From Candidatus Peribacteria bacterium (GTDB taxonomy: Bacteria > Patescibacteriota > Gracilibacteria > Peribacterales > Peribacteraceae): a stretch of 64,000 bases of DNA. Where the stretch lies: assembly GCA_943350395.1 (NCBI GenBank), contig CALRAD010000001.1, positions 35,860 to 99,859 of the forward strand. The letters are read 5' to 3'. The notes under the pieces are model-generated. The model saw only the letters and a program-made list of their open reading frames with translations. It had not been told where the DNA came from and did not search any database. The position numbers and the translations under genes are program-made. Below, in pieces: positions 27,958 to 37,461 of the stretch (its first letter is position 1; each line of letters opens with the position of its first letter).

Positions 27958-30900
27958 TTATTTCAATCTGTCCCACCAGACCTCTCCAAGAGTTGGCTCT
28001 TCTGTGGAAGAAGCATCGTTTTTCACCGACTCTTTCGAGAGAACGATGCCGAGGAATTCAATCAACATGCGCCTCGTAAGCGGCTTGAAACGAAGTTCTC
28101 CGGAAGCCTGCAGATCCACATTCGGATCGTCGAGAAGATCTCTCGCAATGGAGAAAGACAATTCCTGCTGTAGATTCTCGGCCTCCTGCGGCGTAATCAC
28201 GCTTCGGTGAACGTAGAGATTGAGTGCGGCTGAGGCAAGAAGTTTTGACGCATCCCGCATATTGAAAGCAGATTCCGGCTTTCTCAGATCCTGGAGGAGG
28301 AGATCCGGCGCAAATGAAAACAAAGAGAGATCGAATGCGCGTTCATGATCCTGGCTTCTGTAGAAAACGCGAGACACGAAGCTCAAGTCGCGAGACAAAC
28401 CAGAGAGCAAATCTCTCTGGACTCTCGAACCGACGGATCCTTCGAGCGGAGCAGACTCCTGGAGCACGGCCTGCTTGGCACTTGGAGGAGGCAAGCAGCG
28501 CAATACAAGAAGCGTTCGTAGTATTTCGAAAAGTGACACGGGCTCATCGAGTTTGATCTTCGTTTTTCCCTTGCTGACGCCAAACTCCGTGGGCTTACTC
28601 GTGCCGGTCAGTAGCCACAGTGTCTTCGAATCCGCATTCAACGTTCCTCGAGACAATAGCGCACGGATCACCGGCTCAAGAGCGTCGCCCGGAAGCATGT
28701 CGCTGAACGTGACATCATCCGCACGATCGGCATCAGTCGACAGACACTCGAGTGCAGGAAGTGCTGCAAAGTCTGAGAGGAAGTTTTTCTCTTCCTGTGC
28801 ATCCTCCTGTTCCCCTTGAAGACTCTTGTCGAAGACAATTGGAAGTAAGCTGATGTGTCCCGCTTGGAACGACGCTTTCGTCAGCATCGTCGCAGCTTCA
28901 TCGAGATCGATTCCCTGCTCAAGCCCCAGCACTCGAAGGAAACTCTGTGGCAAAATTCCGAGAGAAGAAAGCGTGGAATAATCGGTGACAAGTAGATTGT
29001 TCTCCGGAAGATCTGTTGGGAGAGGGCCAATACGTACTTGTTTCTCCTCAGGAATCTTCATTGCCGCTTTCAGAAGAGCAATAGCTTCTCGTCTCGTGAC
29101 GGGTGCGGAAAGATCTGCAGCCGGACCACGAGGGGTCAGACGTGCAGCCGGAAGGTCAGCTGACAGAAGAGAATAGACGAGAACGGCATTGCTCGTAAGA
29201 GGACTGACAGGAAGATCGATGAGCGGAAGTATGGTGCCATTTTTGGTGAAACCCTGAGGAGAAGACAGCAAAGGCACACATTGGGTCCGTGCAAGCAACG
29301 TCAGGAAATCCCCCCGACTGACCAAATCCCGCTCCAGATTGATACCGTCAAGCACAGGAAGCGAGAATGCATCTTCAAGTCGACCAAGCAGAGCGAGCGA
29401 GTCCGATGTATCCGAACCCTTCACGGCTGACGCTCCTACCGAAAGACAAGGCTTGTAATCCAAAAGTGCTTCCCTGCGGAAACCGAAAGAAATGGATGTC
29501 ATGGAATCGAGACGAACAATATGCCCAGATGAGATTATGTTGCCTGTCGGACTGAATGAATCCAGTACAAGCGATCCTGTTTCGACGATGATTGCGTATC
29601 CCCGCTCATCGCTCCTCTCGAGCTCGAATGTCGTATCCCCATCTGGAGAGAGAGTCTGTGAAAACCGTACGGATTTACCAGAAGCCGTACTGCCCGACGC
29701 CGTGACAACAAGGCCGCCAAACTCATACTTCTCGCGGAGATCTTTCACGCCGTTGCCGTTGATGTCTTCGAATGCCGATACCATGATAAATCCGGATTCG
29801 GTGAGTTTCACCGGTTTTGGAGGTCTCCACATGCTTCCTCCCGCCGTCGTTGCCGCGGAACTTGCGCCTCCACCTCCTCCGCTGCCTCCCGTAAAACCGC
29901 AGGTGGAGCTGAGCGTAAAAGTCTGTTCACTGCTTCTGGTAGATTTCAAACCCGTATCGATTGCTGCAACACTCCAGTAGTAGGTATTGCCACACGGAAG
30001 ATTTTTCAGAAGCGTGGTTCTGCTTTGACCGTTCGGCACGACTCGCGAAACCCAGTTTGGACTCGCGGTTCTCTTCGAAATATGACTGTTGGAATTACTT
30101 CCTGTTCCCACCTGCAACTGGTACTGCAGTTGGCGTGCCGTACTCTGCGTATCCGAACCCGAACCCCACGAGAGACGGACTTGAGCCATCGTATAAAAAA
30201 CCGTGACGCGAATATGGTCGACCCAACCAAGACTGCCACCAATGATGTTATCCTGCGCTGCAATTGCGACACCGAAGTCGACAGCATTGATCTGCGCCGG
30301 AGTCCACGTCGTCCCCCAGAGATCACCTCCGCTTCCGTAGCTGACCACCGTCTCACTTGTCGGCCATGTCGTCGCCAGACTCCTGTCGGTGGAACCAATC
30401 GAACCACTCTTGATGACACGAACCGCATAATCTTTCACACTTCCCGAAATCTGCCTCTTCTCAACCTCGACAATGATGCCGAGAATCGTCGCTGTCGTCG
30501 GAACATTGATATTAAAACCCGTCGCCGTGAGATAGTGACCAATCGAACTGGGCGCACCCAAGCTGATCGTTGCATAAACATCGTTACTGGAATAAACATC
30601 GCTCATGCTTCCCCAAGCGATGCTTCCGACAGCACTGTTGTCCGTACTTCCGGTCGGATTTTTTGGACTCGGAGACACAAGAGCGCCGGTAAGAGTAGCG
30701 AGCGTCGATGCGGTCGGTGCGGTATTGGCACTCGTCGCAGCCTGATCGCTCGTATAATGACGGTTTGCCTGACCTGTATCACCACCGGAATAATCGCCGT
30801 TGCCACGCACGTAATCGACATCGCCATCATTATCGATATCACCAATCGCCGACATAAAGACATCGTCTCCCGGTTGAGTAATAGCTCCAAGAGAAGTGAA

Positions 30901-32157
30901 AACGCCTGTTCCGTCATTCAGAAAAATTTCTGATCCTCCACTGGAACCGATATCCGAACCGTTCAAGGTATAGTCGAGATCACCGTCATTGTCGATATCG
31001 GCAAGTGCAACGCTATTCGTCGCCGTCACCGTTCCGTAGCTATTTCCTGCAGAAAATGTTCCTGCTCCGTTATTAATGTACACGGTAGATGTTCCGTTGC
31101 CTGCGACTATCAGGTCGATGTTGCCATCGGCATTCAAATCGCCGGGCGCAAAGTATGCGACATCCACGCTTCCGAAAGTGGAAAGTTGAACGAACGAACC
31201 CGTACCGCTGTTGCGCATTACTTTTCCGCTGGTTGCCGCTCCGGGCGGAGCAAGAATCAGATCGAGATACCCGTCACTATCGACATCAAAAGATGCAAGG
31301 GTATACGACGCAGGAAGCGGTGACGCGGCAGCCGTAAAGTTGCCATGTCCGTCATTGATATATACGGCTTGCGTAAGAACGCTTGAACCATTGGTCACGA
31401 CAATATCGAGTGTCGTATTGTTGTCGACATCAACCAAAAGAATGTCGTTCCATGCAGCAATATTCATGGAAATGCAGGTGAAACTTGCCGATCCGTTATT
31501 AATGCATTTCGCATTGGCAGCCGCACCCGCGCCCGGAGAAGCGAACACCAGATCCAGATCGCCATCGCCGTCAATGTCACCGGCAGCAAAATCGAGAAAT
31601 GCTTGCGAACTGCCGAAGGTGGAACTGCTGAAAACGCCTGATCCGTTATTCAGATAGAGATCGAGAGAACCAGGAAGAGTCGTATTATTTCCTGCGATGT
31701 AATCGAGATCACCGTCATTGTCGAAGTCACCCATCACGACATCGATCGTATCGTTCGCCTCGGACGTTGTGCTGCTTAAGGTAAACGACATCGCATACAC
31801 AGTGGCGATGAACTGGAGGAAGAGAATCAGCAGTGAAACCGACAGAATGCTTGCCATGATGATCTCGAGCTTCGGCGGCAGCCTCGGATGCAAGCTCTCG
31901 ACATCGGCAAGAGACATTCTGTTCACACGCAGGTGATTGAAAATATCGATCCACTCCACAACAACAGCAATCATCATAATGGCGATGCCGACCGATAAGC
32001 TCATGAATGCACGAATATGAGTGATCGTGAGCAGCATCGCATCGATATCGCTGCTTCCGATCGGCACAAAACGCTGCGCAAGCGTGACACCCGTCAGGAC
32101 GGCGGCAAGTAAGCCCGTAATGATGACGAAATATCGACGCAGAATTGATATGGGTAT
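27958..32157 (-). CDS. Large surface protein: N-terminal TM segments, FG-GAP repeats, FnIII, SdrD-B-like motif, SLH-like C-terminus
   Basis: Repeated GDxDxDGDLD; VRLSW..YYWSVAAID; FEDINGNG; VSRGDFL and VTRREAI; start uncertain (ATA 32157 or GTG 32067). Confidence 0.85.
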   Translation of the reverse strand: MPISILRRYFVIITGLLAAVLTGVTLAQRFVPIGSSDIDAMLLTITHIRAFMSLSVGIAIMMIAVVVEWIDIFNHLRVNRMSLADVESLHPRLPPKLEIIMASILSVSLLILFLQFIATVYAMSFTLSSTTSEANDTIDVVMGDFDNDGDLDYIAGNNTTLPGSLDLYLNNGSGVFSSSTFGSSQAFLDFAAGDIDGDGDLDLVFASPGAGAAANAKCINNGSASFTCISMNIAAWNDILLVDVDNNTTLDIVVTNGSSVLTQAVYINDGHGNFTAAASPLPASYTLASFDVDSDGYLDLILAPPGAATSGKVMRNSGTGSFVQLSTFGSVDVAYFAPGDLNADGNIDLIVAGNGTSTVYINNGAGTFSAGNSYGTVTATNSVALADIDNDGDLDYTLNGSDIGSSGGSEIFLNDGTGVFTSLGAITQPGDDVFMSAIGDIDNDGDVDYVRGNGDYSGGDTGQANRHYTSDQAATSANTAPTASTLATLTGALVSPSPKNPTGSTDNSAVGSIAWGSMSDVYSSNDVYATISLGAPSSIGHYLTATGFNINVPTTATILGIIVEVEKRQISGSVKDYAVRVIKSGSIGSTDRSLATTWPTSETVVSYGSGGDLWGTTWTPAQINAVDFGVAIAAQDNIIGGSLGWVDHIRVTVFYTMAQVRLSWGSGSDTQSTARQLQYQLQVGTGSNSNSHISKRTASPNWVSRVVPNGQSRTTLLKNLPCGNTYYWSVAAIDTGLKSTRSSEQTFTLSSTCGFTGGSGGGGGASSAATTAGGSMWRPPKPVKLTESGFIMVSAFEDINGNGVKDLREKYEFGGLVVTASGSTASGKSVRFSQTLSPDGDTTFELERSDERGYAIIVETGSLVLDSFSPTGNIISSGHIVRLDSMTSISFGFRREALLDYKPCLSVGASAVKGSDTSDSLALLGRLEDAFSLPVLDGINLERDLVSRGDFLTLLARTQCVPLLSSPQGFTKNGTILPLIDLPVSPLTSNAVLVYSLLSADLPAARLTPRGPAADLSAPVTRREAIALLKAAMKIPEEKQVRIGPLPTDLPENNLLVTDYSTLSSLGILPQSFLRVLGLEQGIDLDEAATMLTKASFQAGHISLLPIVFDKSLQGEQEDAQEEKNFLSDFAALPALECLSTDADRADDVTFSDMLPGDALEPVIRALLSRGTLNADSKTLWLLTGTSKPTEFGVSKGKTKIKLDEPVSLFEILRTLLVLRCLPPPSAKQAVLQESAPLEGSVGSRVQRDLLSGLSRDLSFVSRVFYRSQDHERAFDLSLFSFAPDLLLQDLRKPESAFNMRDASKLLASAALNLYVHRSVITPQEAENLQQELSFSIARDLLDDPNVDLQASGELRFKPLTRRMLIEFLGIVLSKESVKNDASSTEEPTLGEVWWDRLK

Positions 32158-32215
32158 TTCTTTTTATTGTAGCACAAAACACGCCAAAAAACCAGACCTA
32201 AACACGTCGTTTCCG

Positions 32216-32590
32216 TTACTTCTGGGCCGGGAGCAACCGCTCCACCATCTCGACAAGCGACTTAATCGTCATGTCCTTCTTCACGAAGTAATCGTCGACT
32301 CCAAGTTCTTTGCCGCGATCTCTGTTTGCCTGATCATCAAAGTTCGTGAGCATCACGATTGGAAAAGAACGAATTGCCTTCGGAAGTTTTTCAAGAACCC
32401 CAAATCCGTCGAGAACGGGCATATTGATGTCGAGGAGCACGAGATCCGGCTTGTCTTTGGCAATCAAATCGAGCGCTTCCTGCCCATTGGAGGCCGTTCG
32501 TACATCGTACGTATCAGTCGAAAACTTCCGGAGATAGAGATCCCGGAGCACCGTGTCGTCTTCCGCAATGATGATTTTCCCTTTCGACAT
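32216..32590 (-). CDS. Stand-alone response regulator receiver
   Basis: IIIAEDD, LVLLDINMPVLDG, MLTN, YFVK. Confidence 0.92.
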   Translation of the reverse strand: MSKGKIIIAEDDTVLRDLYLRKFSTDTYDVRTASNGQEALDLIAKDKPDLVLLDINMPVLDGFGVLEKLPKAIRSFPIVMLTNFDDQANRDRGKELGVDDYFVKKDMTIKSLVEMVERLLPAQK

Positions 32591-32632
32591 AAGGAACATT
32601 CTACCCTCTTTCGGCTCTAAACGCAATGACCC

Positions 32633-33409
32633 TCAGGAAAACGACACTCGGGTGTACACCGTGATATCGGCACCTCCGAGCATTTTCCCAACGGTCTGAC
32701 TCGGATCCTTTGCGAAAGGCTGTGTAAGGAGCGCATTCTCTTCCCTAAACTTCTTCTCCTTCCCAAGCATGATCTTCTCGAGGATTTCAGGTGGTTTCTT
32801 ATCGCCCTTCATCTGCTCCTTCCAGATTTCTTTCTCCTTACTCACAGAATCCGCCAACACCTCTTCAGGTCGCACATACAGAGGGTTCATTGCGGCGGCA
32901 TGCATAGCAGTATCAGATGCTTGTTCTTTCGTTCCGGCGGTGAGTCCAACGATCACCCCGATCTTCCTGTTACTGTGCACGTACGTGCCGAGAACGGGAG
33001 CGCTCGCCTCTTTCGTCTCCGCAAGAGAGATGTTCTCCCCAAGCTCGAGCACGGCTGCAGGCACTTTCTCAGAAGCGTAAGCGTCGAATGCCGCCTTGCC
33101 CTTTTTCAGAAGAACATCGGCAAGATCCTGTCCGAATTTTTGAAAGACTTCGGAACGGCCGACAAAATCCGTCTCGCAGCGAACCTGCACGAGTGCGGCT
33201 TTCTTGCCGTCTGTTGCGATGAAGATCGCACCTTCAGTTTGCTCCCTTCCGGCCTTCTTCACAGCTTGCGCCTTTCCCTTCTTGCGAAGGAGATCGATCG
33301 CAAGCTCAGGGTCACCTTTCGCCTCTTCCAAGGCATTCTTGGCGTCCAAAATACCGACACCCGTTCGGGCGCGGAGAGCAGCGACATCGGAGGCAGCAAC
33401 AGGAGACAT
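32633..33409 (-). CDS. tsf: Elongation factor Ts
   Basis: LRARTGVGILDAKNAL, CETDFV, MHAAAMNP; follows rpsB. Confidence 0.96.
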   Translation of the reverse strand: MSPVAASDVAALRARTGVGILDAKNALEEAKGDPELAIDLLRKKGKAQAVKKAGREQTEGAIFIATDGKKAALVQVRCETDFVGRSEVFQKFGQDLADVLLKKGKAAFDAYASEKVPAAVLELGENISLAETKEASAPVLGTYVHSNRKIGVIVGLTAGTKEQASDTAMHAAAMNPLYVRPEEVLADSVSKEKEIWKEQMKGDKKPPEILEKIMLGKEKKFREENALLTQPFAKDPSQTVGKMLGGADITVYTRVSFS

Positions 33410-33446
33410 AGGATTGGGGTGAAGGCTAAGAATGAAGTTTCAAAAA

Positions 33447-34151
33447 TTATTTCTGCTGAGCGGGTTCTTTGTCATCTTTTGCTCCCGAGAGCTCTGCTTC
33501 GATCGTCTGCAATATCAAGTCGAGAGATTTGACAGCATCGTCATTTGCCGGAATGAAAACTTTAAAATTGTCGGGATCGGCATTGCTGTCACAAATCCCA
33601 TAGACTGGGATCCCAAGCTTTCTGGCCTCAAGAACGGCAACATGGTCGCGTACCGCATCAACGACGAAAACGGCATCGGGCAAACCTTTCATCTGCGCAA
33701 CACCAGAGAATCCGGCATCCAGCTTTGCGAGCTCTTTTCTGTGTGCTGTCTGCTCTTTCTTCGTGTACTTCTCGATGTCACCGGTCTTGAATGACTGCTG
33801 CAAATCGAGGTAATACTTGATACGGTTCTTGATCGTCTGCCAATTCGTGAGGAGTCCCGGCACCCACTTCTTCGTCACGACCGGCTGACCAAGAGCGCTG
33901 CTGACGCGTTCAATTGCTGCAAGGCTCTGGAGCTTCGTGGATACGAAAAGAATCGTCTTGCCGGACTTCTGCAGAGACCTCATCTCATCGCATGTCTTCT
34001 TCAGTGCATCGTGCGTCTTCTGGAGATCAAAGATGTGAATGCCTCGACGAACGCCAAACAGCTGATTCTTCATCTTCGGATTCCACTTCTCTTTACGGTG
34101 ACCGAAGTGACAAGCGGCAGTGATCAACTCTTTGGGGGATGGAATAGACAT
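33447..34151 (-). CDS. rpsB: 30S ribosomal protein S2
   Basis: HFGHRKEKWNPKM, GLLTNW, DSNADP, PANDDA; ATG at 34151. Confidence 0.97.
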   Translation of the reverse strand: MSIPSPKELITAACHFGHRKEKWNPKMKNQLFGVRRGIHIFDLQKTHDALKKTCDEMRSLQKSGKTILFVSTKLQSLAAIERVSSALGQPVVTKKWVPGLLTNWQTIKNRIKYYLDLQQSFKTGDIEKYTKKEQTAHRKELAKLDAGFSGVAQMKGLPDAVFVVDAVRDHVAVLEARKLGIPVYGICDSNADPDNFKVFIPANDDAVKSLDLILQTIEAELSGAKDDKEPAQQK

Positions 34152-34300
34152 AGAACAGGGTAAGGGAAAGAAAAAATTGCGATGATGCGACTTCCTTGGG
34201 GTCTGCTCCCTGACGTCTTCTCGCTCTGATGCGGAGGATTTCCCTTTCGGGATCAGGACCGCGCGATCGGTCGGGGAGGAAATTACTGCGATGCAGCGAA
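34152..34300 (-). promoter_or_regulatory. Possible structured rpsB leader
   Basis: Long GC-rich non-coding leader including a TCCC-GAAA-GGGA tetraloop hairpin; S2 autoregulatory leaders are known in other bacteria. Confidence 0.4.
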
Positions 34301-34358
34301 TGGATCTTATAGACAAGCAGCAAGCATCGCAAGCCTCTGTACCATCAAAATCAATCTA

Positions 34359-35765
34359 TCATCTCAATCTCTCGACGAGCGACGCAATTGTCACTCTCTC
34401 TTGTTTCAGAGTATCTCTGTCTCTAATCGTCACCGTATCGACCTCTCCCTGTGCGGGATCTTCTCCAAGTGTTCCGAAATCGACCGTGATGCATTTCGGC
34501 GTACCGATTTCGTCTTGGCGTCGATAGCGCTTGCCGATGGATCCGGTCACGTCGAAATCGACATTGAGGGCTGTTTCTTGAACAATTTTTTTGTACAACT
34601 CTTGCGCCTTCGCCATGAGATGTTCTTTCTTGGAGAGTGGAAGAATTGCGATGTCGACGGGTGCGACTTTTGGCGTGAATTTCATCACCGTTCTGGTGTC
34701 GTCGTCCCCCACTTTCTCTTCCATGTAGGCATCGAGAAGTACGGCGAGCGCAACACGGTCGGAACCGAACGACGGCTCCATTACATGCGGTGTGATCTTT
34801 CTGGTCGGTTCATCCGGATCGGTGTACTGCAGGCTCTGCCCAGAAAATTTCTCATGCTGCTTCAAGTCAAAATCAGTTCTGTACGCAGCAGCGGCGCAGA
34901 GCTCTCCCCAACCCCACGGAAACTTGTACTCGATGTCCGTCGTGCCTTTCGAGTAGTGTGAGAGTTCGTCTTTTTCATGATCTCTAAACCGGAGATTCTC
35001 AGGCGCTATGCCAAGCGTATCGACAAGAAACGACCAGCTTGCCTTCTTCCACTCGGCGAAAATATCTTCCCACTTCTGTTTATCTGGATCGAAAAAATAT
35101 TCGATTTCCATCTGCTCAAATTCACGCGTGCGAAACGTGAAATTGCCCGGTGTGATCTCGTTTCGGAACGCCTTGCCGATCTGACCGATGCCAAACGGCA
35201 GACGCTTTCGCATCGTATCGACGACATTCTTGAAGTTGACGAAAATACCTTGCGCGGTTTCTGGACGAAGATAAACGAGAGCCGCCTCTTCTTCGACCAC
35301 TCCTTGGTGCGTCTTGAACATCAGATTGAATTTTTTGGCTTCGGTCCAAGCGAACTTGCCGCACGAAGGACATGCAATTTTCTCTGCATTCAGCATCGGC
35401 TGCACCTGTTCGAGCTTGAGAACAGCGACCGCCTCGACGCCGAGCTTGTCCTCCAGAAGCTTGTCTCCTCGGAATCGCTGCTTGCAATTTTTGCAATCCA
35501 CGAGAGGATCGGTGAAGGAACTGACATGCCCGCTCGCCTCCCACACTTTTGGATTCATGAGAATCGACGCATCGAGACCGACCATGTCCGCTCTGTCTCT
35601 GATAAACGTTTTCCACCAGAGCTGCTTCACTCGATTTTTAAGTTCCACGCCAAGCGGTCCGTAATCCCACGTATTGGCGAGTCCTCCGTAAATCTCGGAG
35701 CCTGGGAAAATAAATCCACGGCGCTTGCAGAGAGAAACGAGCTCGTCGAGTGTGCTTGCTGGCAT
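34359..35765 (-). CDS. glyQS: Glycine--tRNA ligase, alpha2 type
   Basis: DYGPLGVELK, YLRPETAQG, FRNEITPGNF, SIGKRYRRQDEIGTP. Confidence 0.96.
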   Translation of the reverse strand: MPASTLDELVSLCKRRGFIFPGSEIYGGLANTWDYGPLGVELKNRVKQLWWKTFIRDRADMVGLDASILMNPKVWEASGHVSSFTDPLVDCKNCKQRFRGDKLLEDKLGVEAVAVLKLEQVQPMLNAEKIACPSCGKFAWTEAKKFNLMFKTHQGVVEEEAALVYLRPETAQGIFVNFKNVVDTMRKRLPFGIGQIGKAFRNEITPGNFTFRTREFEQMEIEYFFDPDKQKWEDIFAEWKKASWSFLVDTLGIAPENLRFRDHEKDELSHYSKGTTDIEYKFPWGWGELCAAAAYRTDFDLKQHEKFSGQSLQYTDPDEPTRKITPHVMEPSFGSDRVALAVLLDAYMEEKVGDDDTRTVMKFTPKVAPVDIAILPLSKKEHLMAKAQELYKKIVQETALNVDFDVTGSIGKRYRRQDEIGTPKCITVDFGTLGEDPAQGEVDTVTIRDRDTLKQERVTIASLVERLR

Positions 35766-35851
35766 AGGCAGAGTGTAGGGAAGGTGATGAAAGTTGGGAA
35801 GCATTCCTCGCTTTTCTGCCTTGTTTCTGCTATAATCAGAAGATTCTCTCT

Positions 35852-37417
35852 ATGCAGATCCTGCTCGCCATCGGCTCGCTCATCGCCGCCATCGTCCTCA
35901 TCAAGATCTGGACAGGAGCCATGAAGGTGAAGGTGATCGACAATGAATCGCTTGCCTCGGTTGAGGCAACACACCCGTATCTGCCGAAACTCGGCGCAAT
36001 AGCTGCTTCGTTCGTCATCGCAGGGCTGCTATTCGTACTGTCTCTAAAATACGGCAAAAATACGTCGATCGCTTCACTCTGGGGCAGCGCAGCATTCTAC
36101 CGAACAATCTTCGTCTTCCTCGCCATCTGCATGCTCGGAGTCTTCGAAAGAGGACGCTGGCACGGATCCAAAGATCGCTACGAATACTTTTTCGCATTCG
36201 TCCTCGGCACGATCGTCACTTGGATCCTCATCGCCTTCAAGCGAGCATTCTTCGAAACCGGTGTACAGCAGGATCCATTCCTCATGGCACTCGGCATTAC
36301 GTGTGTCGTGATCGGATGGCGGTTCCTGTTCGGTCCGTGGAAAGCGTCCATCAAGGCGACGGTACTCGGGACGTTTCTCTTCTGGGTGATCTACGCGATC
36401 CTGCGGTTTAAAACAAAACAAGAACTGATCGCAACCGGACTCGCAAGCATCGTTGCAATCATCCCGGTACTTGTGTGGAGCAAACTGTTTCTCGGGTACC
36501 ACAAACAACGACTCAGCATCGTGATCCTCGCATTCTTCGCAGGCATGCTCTCGACGGTGCCGATTCTGTTCTACAGCGAACTGACAATGCGATCGATTCA
36601 GCTGAATTTCTTCATCTTCAAAATTGTTCCGATCAACTACGGAACTTCCTCGACGGAATTCGTCTCCCAGAGCGTCTTCAAATCTTTCTCAGGAACATCG
36701 TCCATTGTGCTCACCACTCTCGTCACGTACTTGATGGTTGGCGTGATCGAAGAAATCAGCAAATACTGGGTGCTTCGGCATTCAAGCAAAGAATTCTTCC
36801 GCTCCATCGATGATGCCCTGCAACTAGCGATCGTCGTCGCCATCGGTTTCGCATTCGCCGAGAACCTCGTGAATCCGACGTACTTCGTCGGTTTCGTGCG
36901 CGATTACCTGATGACACCAGCAAGCCCGGAGTGGGGTTCGTTCATCGGCAACGTCATCGGGCGCTCGGTCCTGACGAACATGGTGCATATCGTCTCTACG
37001 GGCGTACTCGGGTACTACTTTGGTCTCGCTTTCTTTGCGTCTCCGCTGATTCGCGCACAGTTTGCGGAAGGCTCGACTCATCCGATCATCTCTGTGATTC
37101 ACCGGATGTTAAATATTCCCTCCGAATCGATTTACGCAAAGACGCAGATGGCACTCGGACTTTTCTTCGCGATCGTGCTCCACGGAGTCTTCGACTTCAC
37201 GGTGAGCTTGTCCGAGGTGCTGCCAAATCATCCGACAACGGTCGGTGCGCTTCTTGGGCAAGACCAAGGATCGTTCCTGCATAACATCGCAATTACCCTT
37301 GTGCCTTCCGTTCTGTACGTCGTGGGAGGATTTTGGCTCCTTGTGACACTCTTTGAATGGAAGGAGGATAGAAAGGAATTTGGGGCAGTCGTCGAGACGC
37401 AAACGTTTGTCTCTTAA
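35852..37417 (+). CDS. PrsW family intramembrane glutamic protease with extra TM region
   Basis: IEEISK, GFAFAEN, VHIV, LHGVFD. Confidence 0.85.
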   Translation: MQILLAIGSLIAAIVLIKIWTGAMKVKVIDNESLASVEATHPYLPKLGAIAASFVIAGLLFVLSLKYGKNTSIASLWGSAAFYRTIFVFLAICMLGVFERGRWHGSKDRYEYFFAFVLGTIVTWILIAFKRAFFETGVQQDPFLMALGITCVVIGWRFLFGPWKASIKATVLGTFLFWVIYAILRFKTKQELIATGLASIVAIIPVLVWSKLFLGYHKQRLSIVILAFFAGMLSTVPILFYSELTMRSIQLNFFIFKIVPINYGTSSTEFVSQSVFKSFSGTSSIVLTTLVTYLMVGVIEEISKYWVLRHSSKEFFRSIDDALQLAIVVAIGFAFAENLVNPTYFVGFVRDYLMTPASPEWGSFIGNVIGRSVLTNMVHIVSTGVLGYYFGLAFFASPLIRAQFAEGSTHPIISVIHRMLNIPSESIYAKTQMALGLFFAIVLHGVFDFTVSLSEVLPNHPTTVGALLGQDQGSFLHNIAITLVPSVLYVVGGFWLLVTLFEWKEDRKEFGAVVETQTFVS

Positions 37418-37461
37418 TGTGGGGCGGAGGTAGAATATAAAAACATTTCCCCCGCAGATAC

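Noticed and set aside
34152..34316. 55-aa N-terminal extension of S2
   Set aside because: Homology begins at MSIPSP; the upstream stretch looks like a structured leader
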